Source: Phaeosaccion multiseriatum
Taxonomy: Eukaryota > Protista > Ochrophyta, other classes
Direction: 5' to 3'
Assembly (NCBI GenBank): GCA_965112735.1
Contig: OZ218954.1
Span: 1,116,001-1,180,000, forward strand
Length of the DNA: 64,000 bases
The translations under genes and the position numbers were made by a program. Shown piece after piece: positions 36,901-48,900 of the stretch. The notes beneath the pieces are model-generated. The model saw nothing but the letters and a program-made list of their open reading frames with translations, was not told the origin of the DNA and did no database searches. Numbering within the stretch: position 1 is the first letter of the stretch; each line of letters opens with the position of its first letter.

Positions 36901-39900
36901 GCAAGTGGGGATTGATCGTCCAATGGGTATGACGATTACAGAGCAGGAGGGGCACAGGGCTGGTGAGTCTGAGGCACACGCAGTCCAGACGAAGGGAAGG
37001 TGGGGGGAGAGAGGCGCAGCATTGCTCCACGTCCGACAACAGGACTGGCGGCTGAATAGAGTAAAGGAGAAGAGGGAGGGTGGCAATAGCAAGCATGAAA
37101 TACCAATCTCCCTCTTCCATCCCAAACGTACCGAAAGTGTATGAGTCTTGCTCGGACGAGGGGAAAGTGCTGGCGTAGAGCTCAGTAGTGCCGTCCGCGT
37201 CGAGGATCTTGAAGCTCGCGCCGTTGATGCGGTCCTTGCAGCAATGGTCGACACGGTTGGTGACCTTGCAGTAGGTAACAACTTGGTCAGCTCCGCCAGA
37301 AAGGTAGAGAGTGAGGCGGGGAGCGGCATCCCCTGCGTCGGAGCGACAGAAGTTGTTCGTGGTGCCGTCGTCGCAGTTTTGAGCTAAAAACGACGCCAAG
37401 GTAGAGCTCAAGGTGATATCCACCAGCGGAATCTTAGCATTGCTGCCATCGTAACATTCGACTTCTGCCAGATTAAGGACACCCTCATCCCCAGTGCTAG
37501 CGTCCGCCGGAGGCACTTCAATGACGACTTGCCTGTCAGAGCCAGGGCACAGAAGCAGCGAGGGGGGGGGGGCATCGACAGGCAGGCAAAACGGGGGTTT
37601 CGCAACGTGCATTAGTGATGACGTCATCTGCGCTTCGAGTAGGCAGCAGGAGGAGTGGCTCAATGAAATGACGAGAAAGGGAAGGTCCATAGGGAGCTAA
37701 ATAGAGGGGGTACTTACTTGCCAACTACGATAGGCACAGGAGAGCAGGAGGGTACACAGGGGTCCAAAGGCCGTCAGTGCCCATCCGCCAAGCCGTGGAA
37801 GCACACATGCGGGCGAACAGGGCAGGCAGCAGTGAGCAGCCCAACGGGGGGGGGGGGGGGGCATGAGCAGCACGCCAGAGTAAGTTTGCTTGTATGGCTT
37901 CGACATTTACGGCGGGGAAATGATCCAAGAGCAGCTCAACCACCAAGAAAGGAAGGATGACTCTGTGCATAGAAAGCTCAGGTCTGGCGTACAATGTGGG
38001 CAAAACACAACAGGGAGAGCACAGCACAGCACAAGCAAAGAGAGGCCCCGAGCATGTAAACAGGGAGGGTGTGGAGTCCGGATGGCAGCCAGGAAGCAAG
38101 GAGCAGAAGGGAGGATCAGGACCGTACCACAGTCAGACCACAGTCAGACCACAGTCAGACCACAGTCAGACCACAGTCAGACCACAGGGCCTTATGTCGT
38201 CGGATGACTTGAAGAATGGAGTGCTTTTCCCCGAGCCCTGCCCTTTCTCACCACACGCGTCTCCTACTCCGTTATTATTGCTGTCTTGTTGGTTGGAGTT
38301 GGCTGTGTCCGGGCAGCTGCGAGGAGTCAGCACGAGGGGGGGAGGAAGTAGTGCAGTCAGTGTGGACCCTCTTGGAAAAAGGGGGTGTTGCGCACGCACA
38401 CACATTTGTTGCAGTCGCACTTGCATGTCAAGTGGAGCGTCAAGTGGAGCAGAGAGGAGGGTATTGACTATGCCAAAACCAAAGGTCCGAAATGCATAGA
38501 ATGAATGAAATCACTCACTTGTCCCAAGGGTCGAAAACGCCGTCCCCGTCGGTGTCTGCATCAGGAGGGCCGCCACCGCCGCACGAGACGCACGCCATGG
38601 CAGGAGGAGGTAGGGAGCGGCCCAGCAGAGAATAAGCAAGACAAGCGCATGAGAGAAACGATCGTCAGACTGTGGAGGGCAATGAGTGGGCCAGCCACGA
38701 CAAAAGAATCCGAAGTGCTCACTGGCTGTGCGGCCATGAAAAGCAAGCAGCAAGTATCGAGGAGCGACGAGATGAAGGTGCACAAGTCATCCTCAGCTCC
38801 GTTCCTTCCCTCACCATCTCACTCGTCCTTACCTTCACACATTCGAGTGAGTGTTGGGCTAAAAATGTTGCAGGGATGCACAGCCATGGGCGGGGTTCAA
38901 GAAGGAAAAGGAGAGTTCACCGAACAGCAACACGAGAGCACCAAAGCACAAAGACAGGAGCAAAGGGGGGGGGGGGGGGGTGTAAGCGCGAGGGTGTGGG
39001 ATTGGCGCTCCTTGCCTTCTTGGCTGGTCAAAACTCAGCCCCTGCAGGAGAGTAAACGCACTCCTCAAGGCACTCTGCCTGCGACTACCCACTTACCAAA
39101 CTCCATAGCCCGTGGCCAGGCAGCATGAAGCACCATTCCCATGTGTCTAGTGGCCACAGCCGAGAGTGATACAAGGAAACGTGGGAGACAGGCGCGGATG
39201 GATGGTCAGTCATCGTATCACATATCACGTCATCTGGGACGTACAAGCGTGTCTCTTGTACTTCTCCTTGCATGGACTGGCCCTTCCTTTTACACACACA
39301 CCTCGAGACTACTGCAGGCCGATGAAGCGGTGCAGTTGGCGGCCGAATTGCCATTAAAGTCGGCAGACTGTGTGGGGGTTGACGACGTGAGTCAGCAAGA
39401 GGCCAGGGGAACAGAGGGGATGTAAGGAGAGGACCAAGGCTTGAGGCATGGGCCATTCAGCGGCGGTGCGACAGAAGTAAGCCACAGAAATAGCCAGGTT
39501 ACGAGAGCGAACGTGGGTTGAGACTAATAATGCACAAAACAGGAGTAATGTTCGGCGCAGGTTGTCATCGAAGCAATTGCCTTCAAAACAAGTCCGCAGA
39601 CTTGTTCGAGGGGAGCAGGGTGGGCGTTGAAGAGAAAAGAGGGCAGGAGGCCAGCAGAGCGAGAGGCACAGGGGGGGGGGTCAGGAGAGGGGGGAGGCCT
39701 GGGGTGTGGCTGTGCCGCCAGACAGTGGCTGGTACGACACAAGTAAGCTAAGATACACAATCGGCCAGCCACGCAGGCAGCGAGAGCGGCCGGACTGAGA
39801 ACTCACCCCACAGGATAGGAACCCTGTGCAGGTTGCGGTCGAATCGTGATAAAAGTCGGCCTCCTGTGTGGAGCAGCAGGGTGTGCGTTGAAGAGAAAAG

Positions 39901-42900
39901 AGGGCAGGAGGCCAGAACAGCGAGGGGAACAGGGGGGAGGTCAGGATACGGGGGAGGCCTGGGGTGTGTGCCGCCAGTGGCTGGTACGACACAAGTAAGC
40001 TAAGATACACAATCGGCCAAGCAGGCAGCGAGAGCGGACTGAGAACTCACAGCACAGGATTCCTCCCCTGAGCAGGTTGCGGTCGAATCGTGATGAAAGT
40101 CGGCGCTCTGTGTGAAGCAGCAGGGTGTGTGTTGATGAGAAAAGAGGGCAGGAGGCCAGCAGAGCGAAGGACACAGGAGGGGGGGTCAGGATAGGGGGGA
40201 GGCCTGGGGTGTGTGCCGCCAGTGGCTGGTACGACACAAGTAAGCCAAGGTACACAATCAGCCAAGCAGGTAGCGAGAGCGGACTGAGAACTCACCGAAC
40301 AAGACCACTGCCCTGAGCAGTCGGCCGTGGAATCGCCATAAAACTTGGCTCCCTGTGTGGAGTAGGGTGTGTGTTGAAGAGAAAAGAGAGCAGAAGACCA
40401 GCAGGGGGGCACGTGGAGGAGGTCAGGAGAGGAGAAAGGCTCAGCGTATGGGCCCTGCACCTGTACACCAGGAGGGTATGACAAAAAATCCAATCGGACA
40501 GGTCAGGCAGCGAGAGTGGAGTTCTTGGGCTGACTGATGAGTGGGCAGTAGCTGCTACAAGAGACTTCCTCACTCACCCCGCATCTGGAGAAGCAATTTA
40601 CGCTAAAGGTCTGAGCACATGATTCCTCCCCTAAGCAGGTTGCGGCCGAATCGTGGTTAAAGTCGGCATTCTGGTTCGAGGGGAGCAGGGTGTGCGTTGA
40701 TGAGAAAAGAGGGCAGGAGGCCAGCAGTGGCCAGAGCAAGGGGCACAAAGGGGGGGGTCAGGATAGGGGGGAGGCCTGGAGTGTGTGCCGCCAGTGGCTG
40801 GTACGACACAAGTGAGCTAAGATACACAATCGGCCAAGCAGGCAGCGGCCGAGAGCGGACTGAGAACTCACATAACAGGAGTTCCCCCCTGAGCAGGTTG
40901 CGGTCGAATCGCCATAAAACTTGGCGTCCTGTGTGGAGCAGGGTTTGCGTTGATGAGAAAAGAGGGCAGCCAGAAGGCCAGCAGAGCGAGGGGCATAGGG
41001 GGGGGGGGTCAGGATAGGGGGGAGGCCTGGAGTGTGTGCCGCCAGTGGCTGGTACGACACAAGTAAGCTAAGATACACAATCGGCCAAGCAGGCAGCGAG
41101 AGCGCACTGAGAACTCACAGCACAGGATCCGAACCCTGTGCAGGTTGCGGTCGAATCGCCATAAAACTTGGCTTCCTGTGTCGAGCAGGGTGTGCGTTGA
41201 TGAGAAAGGCAGGAGGCTAGCAGAGCGAGAGGCACAGGGGGGGGGGGTCAGGATAGGGGGGAGGCCTGGAGTGTGTGCCGCCAGTGGCTGGCTGGTACGA
41301 CACAAGTAAGCTAAGATACACAATCGGCCAAGCAGGCAGCGAGAGCGGACTGGGCTGAGAACTCACCAAACAGGATTGGGCCCCTGAGCAGTCGGCCCTG
41401 GAATCGCCGTCGAAAATTGCAAACTGTGGGGAGCAGGGTGTGTGTTGAAGAGAAAAGAGGGCAGAAGACCAGCAGCAGAGGGGCACAGAGGGGAGGTCAG
41501 GAGAGGAGAAAGGCTCAACGTATGGGCCCTGCACCTGTGCCACAGGAGGGTATGACACAACATCTAAAACCTAGTCGGACGGGCAACGAGAGTGGAGTTC
41601 TTGGGCTGACTGATGAGGGGCCAGCAGCTGCTACAAGAGACTTGCTCACTCACTCGGCAGAAAGCATCCTTACAGGTCACGGCGCAATTCTTCATGACGG
41701 TTGAGCAGAGGCGAGGTGGGCCGCAGCCAGCCAGGGGCGGAAGGAACCCACCAGCCACATGTCATGACAGACGTGAGCAAAGCAGGACGAAGGGAAACAG
41801 CGGGGTGTTGGGGTGTTCGGATGAGTATGGGTCCGTGCATACAGGCTTACATCAAAATGGCGCAAGAACGAGGGTGCCTTGCAACAAGTAAAGCAAGATG
41901 ATCATGCGAGCACTCGCTCCCTCACCACAAAATTCGTCCTCTGTCGAGGCGAGGAGGAGACGCGCGGGTACGAGTGGGGAAGGACCATGTCCGACGAACC
42001 CCATCCGCGATCCCCAACATCACGAGGACGGGGCCGGCCGCACAGTGTAGACAGACGCCGCAGGTACCAAGCAAGGGCAAGGCAGAGGCACCAGCCAGCC
42101 ACGTCAAGAGGCAAGAAGGTGCGTGTCAGAAGGGTTCGCTTACTCACAGCCATACAGATGCCAAGACTCACAGAGCAACAGCAGTACCACGCATCTGCAG
42201 AGGGTTCAAGGAGTCTCGGTCAAGGACTCAATGAGTCAACGAGCAAGGAGCGCACGGGGCCCATCCATCGCTGGTGAGACGATGCCCTGCCTGCGCACAC
42301 ACCTGGCAAAACAAGCCCGTACACTCCGCTTGAACAGAAGGAGAGGTACACGTGCATGTTCCCCTCGAAGTGCCGTCGTCCGCGGTGAAAGGAATGTATG
42401 ACTCCGTGCACACTGGCGTACAAGAATGTGGGCAACAAGCAAGAGGGAGAGCACAGCACAGCATAAGCAAAGAGAGGCCCCGAGCATGTAACAACACCGA
42501 GGGTGTGGAGTTTACATGCCAGTCAGGAAGCAACAAGGAGCAGAGAGGAAGATCCGGACCGATTACACACACCCTTGCTACAGTCAGACCACAGTTAGAC
42601 CACAGGGCCTCATGTTGTTCGAAGGACTTGAATGTTCTACTCGAAGCGCCCCTCGACAAGGTTCACACCCGTCGTCCCCTTTCTCACCTTTACAGTTGTT
42701 CACATTCTCTTGGGTCGGGTTAGGCTCATAGGGGCAGCTACAACAAGGGACATCAACAGCGGATTCGGTCGGAGAGGAGGGGGTGCGTAAGCGGTTAACG
42801 CGTGACCACCTCGGCTCCGCAGAAGGGGGGTTCAGGCCTGAGGCAGGCCACTTGGGCTACACACAGGAGGGAACGAAGTCGCCCGCCCGCCCGCCCGTAG

Positions 42901-45900
42901 CAGCAGCAGCAGCAGCATACACACACACGCACACACCCTCCTGCAGCGTCCACTCACTTGTCCTCCGGGTCCACAATCCCGTCTCCGTCGGTGTCTGGGT
43001 GAGAAGGAAGCACACAACCAACCCAGCGTCACGACCATGCCGACAAGTCCGGGGATGAGAAGCAAGCCACGCCGCCCACCAGCGGAGCGGCAAAGAGGGT
43101 GGCACGAGGAGAGCAAAACCACCAGGACGAGAGGTGGAAGGGAAAAGGACAGAAACAGGTAGCGAGCGTTGTCAGTCGGCAACGCAATGAGCAGCGAGTG
43201 ACCACTCTGAGGTGCTCAGTGTGTAGTAACAGCATCAAAGCCCATGCCGCCCGCATGTTATCAGCTCCGTTCTTACCTACACACTCGGTGAGCGCTCCCC
43301 CAGCAGGAGGGCTTTTTAGTACGATTGAAGTCGCACGGGTAGAGGATTCAGGGGAAACACGGAGTCGGCACGGCAGAACGCAAAACAAACATGAGCGCAC
43401 AAAGGAGGAGAGAGAGCGAGATCAAATGCGAGGGCCCGACCGCGTGTGGGGGGGGGTTCGCCAACAGCTCGTACGGCCCTCCCGCGCCGCAAAAGACACG
43501 CACAGCAAGCACACTCTGTTGCGATCACTTACCACCCCTGTCCCACGCAGCATGCTTCGTCCTCGGTCTGTTGTTCACAGCGGCGCGAGGCATCATCAGA
43601 CAGAGAGCGACGGAGGAGACAGCAGAGGTGCGGTTACTACTAGAAAAACCTCATGGGTGTCCACGGCCGGCGGCGTGCTTGGGTTTCCCCCACCCCCTCT
43701 CATTTGTGACACACACACCTCAAGGTTATTGCAGGCATTGGCGTCGCAACTGGCGTAGGAACTTCCCAGCAGGACAACACTCTGTAGAGGGCGGTTGGGG
43801 CGAGGTCAGAGAGAGCAATCAAGTGTTGGGAGAGCGTTTTCGAGAGGATGAGCAGGAGAATACCATCCACTTTGTCCATTCTCGCTTCGTCAGGGCCCAG
43901 GTGCATGCAAAGACAGAGGGAGAGGGCCGAGGGTACAAACAAGGCTTGCTCGCAAGGAGGCGGGGAACGCACAGGAGCGAGAAGCGGAAAGTGACAAACA
44001 GAAAGGGGGCAAAAACACACAGCGAGGAGACCAATCGAACGTAGACAAGTAGAGCAAGCATGAGAGAAAATGGGGTGGGAAGGAGGGGTCGCGAGAAGGT
44101 GGAGAGGCACCGCAACGCCCCGTCCCCGTTAACTCGTGTGTAACGTCTACTACCCCCCCATGCCAAGACGGACTCACCTCGCAGCTGCCGGTTTCCGTGC
44201 AGTCAACAGCGCAGTTCTTCAGGATAGGCAGCATTGTGAGGTGTGGACAAGAGAGAGAGAGAGGGGCGGAGTGAGCAGAGTCGATATGATGCATCAGTAT
44301 GAAAGGAGCCAAAGGGGGGTGGGGAGAAGGGGGGACCCTGGCAGACAGCGACGGCGCAGGCTTAGACTGGCACGAAGGTCAGGTAGGTGCTAAAGCTGTC
44401 GCAAAGAATGCAGAACAGCTGCACACTAAGTCAATATAATGAAAGGCGAATCTCAAACGTCAATCAACAAGCGGTGGAGGCCACACTCAGAACCACTTCT
44501 CAGCCCCTGTCTGGCGTGGGAGTCCAAACGGCGGATGGGATGAGCGATAGCAAACACTCACCACAAAAGTGGTGCCCTGTGACGTCGAAAAAGCAATGCA
44601 GCCATCAGGAAAAAATGCGAAGGAGCGTGGCAGTGAAGAGCAGCCAGCAGCGTCAGCAGAAGGAGGGTGGCGAGGGAGCCAACCACAGGCCGCCGTGAGG
44701 ACGATCAGTAGACAGGGGGCACAGGGGGCACGTTCGCGGTTCGGCCCAGCCAAGCGTTGCGAATGTTTTGGTGAGTCGTGACCGTGGCATGAGGGAAGGC
44801 GATCGGTTTGTGGCAGGGAAGAAGAGAAACAGTACAGCGCAACGCGATCAAGTGGAGCGGCGGAACACGAGTCAGTCATGTGCCCCCTTCCTCGAAAGAG
44901 AGATTGGTATGGTGAAGGCGTTGACACCGCCCACCCCCTCTTATAAGGAGGGGGGCAGCAAGTCTATACGCAGATAGATACAGGGGGTAGAGGAAGAGTG
45001 GCAGGCAGCAGGCTGTTGGTGTAGGGAGAGAGCCTGACTGTAGTGGCAAAGAGCGCGGGAAGTGCATGGGGGTGAGTCAAGAACTTGGTGAGAAGCTCTG
45101 GTGAGAAGCCGCTCACAGCACCCACCTGGCAGACCAGTCCCCCACACAAACGTGGATTGAGGGGGGTCACAGAAGGGCAGGTGCACGTGTTGGAGATGGA
45201 GGAGGTGACGTATTCTCCACCGTCCGCCTCGCACATCGCCTCCTTGGTAATGCCTGTAAGTCATGGTAGGTCCAGGGGAAGGAGGTGGGCAAAAGGCGAG
45301 GAGCGGCAAAGGAGACAACAAGAAGCACAAACGGAAGTGAGTAGCAAGCTGCCGGTAAGTGGGGATTGATCGTCCAATGAGCATGCCGATTACAGAGCAC
45401 AGGAGGGGCACAGGGCTGAGATTGAGTCTGGGGCACACGCTGCCCAGACGAAGGGAAGGTGGGGGGGGCGAGGGGAAGCTTTGCTCCACGTCCGACAACA
45501 GGACTGGCGGCTGAATACAGTAAAGGAGAAGAGGGAGGGTGGCACTCAATAGCAAGCATAAAACACCAATCTCCCTCTCCCCTCCCCAACGTACCGAAAG
45601 TGTACTCGTCTTGTGCGGATGAGGGGAAAGTGCTGGCGTAGAGCTCAGTAGTGCCGTCCGCGTCGAGGATCTTGAAGCTCGCACCGTTGATGCGGTCCTT
45701 GCAGCAATCGAGACGGTTTGTGACCTCGCAGTACTTGACGACTTGGTCACGTCCGCCAGAAAGGTAGAGAGTGAGCCGGGGAGCGGTATCCCCTGCGGCG
45801 GAGTGACAGAAGTTGTCCTTGTCATCCTTGGTGCCGTCGTCGCAGTTTTGAGCTGAAAACGACGCCAAGGTAGAGCTCAAGGTGATACCCTCCAGCGGAA

Positions 45901-48900
45901 TCTTGTCATTGCTGCCATCGTAACATTCGACTTCTGCCAGATTAAGGACACCCTCATCCCCAGTGCTAGCGTCCGCCGGAGGCACTTCAATGACGACTTG
46001 CCTGTCAGAGCCAGGGCACAGAAGCAGCGAGGGGGGGGGGGCATCGACAGGCAAAACGGGGGTTTCGCAACGTGCATTTAGTGATGGCGTCATCTGCTTC
46101 GAGTAGGCAGCAGCAGGAGTGGTTCAATGAAATGACGAGAAAGGGAAGGTCCATAGCGAGCTCTGGCTGTTCACTCAGTTTCACAGAGGGGGTACTTACT
46201 TGCCAACCTCTACGATAGGCACAGGAGAGCAGCCAGGAGGGTGCACAGTGGTCCAAAGGGCCGTCAGTGCCCATGCGCCGAACCGTGGAAGCACACATGC
46301 GGGCGAACAGGGCAGGCAGCAGTGAGCAGCCCAAGAACGGGGGGGGGGAGGCGTGAGCAGCACGCCAGAGTAATTTTGCTTGTATGGCTTCGACATTTAC
46401 GGCGGGGAAATGATCGAAGAGCAGCTCAACCATGGCAGCTAAGTATTGATCGCCCTCTACTCGCCCCCCCCACCCCGCGGGAGCATGACGCAGCCACGTG
46501 TACTTACCGAAAGTGTATGAGTCCTCTGCGGGTGAGGGGAAAGTGCTGGCGTAGAGCTCAGTAGTGCCGTCCGCGTCGAGGATCTTGAAGCTGGCGTTGT
46601 TGATGCGCGCCTTGCACGTACTGCAATCGCGACGGTTGGTGACGTCGCAGTACGTGACGACCTGGTCAGGTCCGCCAGAAAGGCTCAGAGTGAGGCGGCC
46701 GGGATCTTGTGCGTTCCCGTCGGAGTGACAGAAGGTTGTGTCGTCGTCGTCGGTGCATCGAGTGGCAAGAAACCTGGAGGGTCTGTAGAGGGAGCTCAAG
46801 GTGATGCCGTCTAGCGGAATCTTCGTGCTGCCGCCATCATAACATGCAACTTCAGCCAGATTGAGGATACCATCAGGCCCAGGGTTAGTGTCCGCCTTGA
46901 GCACTTCAATCACGACCTGCCTGTCAGAGTTAGGGCACATGAGTAACGAGGGCAGGGCGGGGGGAGGGAGGGCACCGACACGTAAGACGGAGACCTCGCA
47001 TGCACTGGAGGTGATGGGCTGTCTGCACTTCGACATTTAGGCAGCAGGAGGGGTGGCTCAGTAAGGTGAGGAGAAAAGGAAGGGTCCAATGATTTTCTCT
47101 CTTCTCAGAGGGGCACTTACTTGCCGGGATCTTGGCACAGGCGAGCAAGCAGAAGAAGAGTGCACAATGGTCCCAAGGGCAGTCATCCACGGAGCCGTCC
47201 GAGCGAACGCACATACGTTCGAAGAGGGAAGGCAGTGTGAACAGCCCGTGGGAGGAGAGAATCAACACCATCACAGAGGTCCAGACATGAGAACAGGCAA
47301 AGAGCAGATGGGAGTGAAACAAGGAGTAGTAGGCGTCAGTGTCAGGCGGTGCCCGCGATAGATCAAAGCATACAGCCCTGTCGAAGCCGGAGGAGGAGGA
47401 TAAGGGGGGTGGTACTTTGACCCATCGCATACGAAGGGAGAGGGAAGAAAGGGGGCAAAGGAGGAGGAGGGCATGGCATAGGCTACTTGACAACCAGCAC
47501 ATACGTTCCGCGACTACGGACAGCGCGTAAGTGAGGAGGAGGAGGAGGAGGAGGAGGAGGAGGAGGAGGAGGAGGAGGAGGAGGAGGAGGAGGAGGAGGA
47601 GGAGGAGGAGGAGGAGGAGGAGGAGCGGGGATGAAGAAAGCGTCTCCCCCTCAAGCCGCACGCGGCCATTGTGTGTTACCACCACGTCCAACCAAGTCCT
47701 CTTCAGAACACTGAGATTTCATCACGCACCTTTGCTTCGCTCGCAGACGAAGCCAACCGCTTCAGGGAAGTCGCTGCAGGGAACATCGCTCCAGCCGGGC
47801 AGAAGGCCGCCTCCGAAGTAATACGAGCCGCAGAGCTGCGTGTCGCCAGAACTGTTCGGCTGGTCGGTCTTCCAGCCCCATCCATCCATGTCCGCCATAA
47901 CGTCCGCCGTCGCCGTGCCCTCTGCCCACGTGAATGCTGTTTTGCCATTGGCAGGGCCTGGTTCCCGCTCGAAGCTAACCCAGACATGGGCGTTGTTGAT
48001 ATCTGGGATGAGTCCCTTGACGTAGTCGTCTTCGGTCTGGTCGTTGACGGACACGAGGGCGGCCCCATTCAGCTCACACCGGGCAGTCGCTTGGTCGCGA
48101 GTGACGCCAGGCTGAGGGACGTAGAAGTACTCCGAGGCCGAAGAGGTGTAGGTATTGCTCTGGGTGAAGTCCACTGCTCAATGACAGCCACCCATGGTGT
48201 GTCACAACCATTCGAGGAGTAGGGGCCGCAAGTGAAGCAGGCCGCACGGCAGCAGGAGGAAGACGCTGTGCTAAGTTCAGATAACGTCTTATTATCCTGA
48301 ACCTCTAGTATTGCGTGAACCTCTAGTATTGCGCAATACTAGAGGTTCAGGATAATAAGACGTTATCTGAACTTAGCACAAAAATATTTCCGAGGTCGGG
48401 GGTACAGATCCCTTGTGTGACCAGAAAGTTAATCGTCCCGAGGGGAGGATAACTCGTTAGTCGTCCCGAGGGGAGGATAACGGATATGACCCCGCAACCC
48501 GGGGAAATATTTTTGTGTTAAGTTCAGATAACGTCTTATTATCCTGAACCTCTAGTATTGCGCAATACTAGAGGTTCAGGATAATAAGACGTTATCTGAA
48601 CTTAGCATAACGCGAGCCAAAGGAGGAAGACACGAGTAGCAGCGGAAGGGTGTGTTGGGGGGCGGGTGAAATCAAATCAGTGCCTGAGGGCCCGAAATAC
48701 GATGCAGACAAGGAGGCCCGACAAGAAAGGGTGTTGTGGAATTTGCACTTTGCGATCGTCGGGTGAGGCCTTTGCCCGACGATGAAGAGTAGAGAGAGAG
48801 AGAGAGGGCGGCGGATGTAATGGGAAAGTCGATGGTAGGGAAGGATGAGGACGACGATGGGGGGGAGACGGGGAAGAAGGGGGGAAGACTTGCTCGATGA

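Larger units (their letters stand above)
38247..46432. repeat. Intragenic segmental duplication (block B), paralogous to ~23620-37942 (block A, which additionally holds the Gypsy and a hairpin element)
   Basis: Collinear, similar introns and exons, e.g. 24105-24900 vs 38560-39350, 28960-30287 vs 43180-44520, and 36068-37942 vs 44520-46432. Confidence 0.92.

Noticed and set aside
39300-41692. Repeat/variable-spacer periodicity resembling a CRISPR array or a diversity-generating retroelement
   Set aside because: The repeats are ~190-bp GT-AG introns, and the variable parts are homologous in-frame exons. There are no cas genes, and I saw no sign of adenine-restricted variation or a template-repeat/RT cassette.
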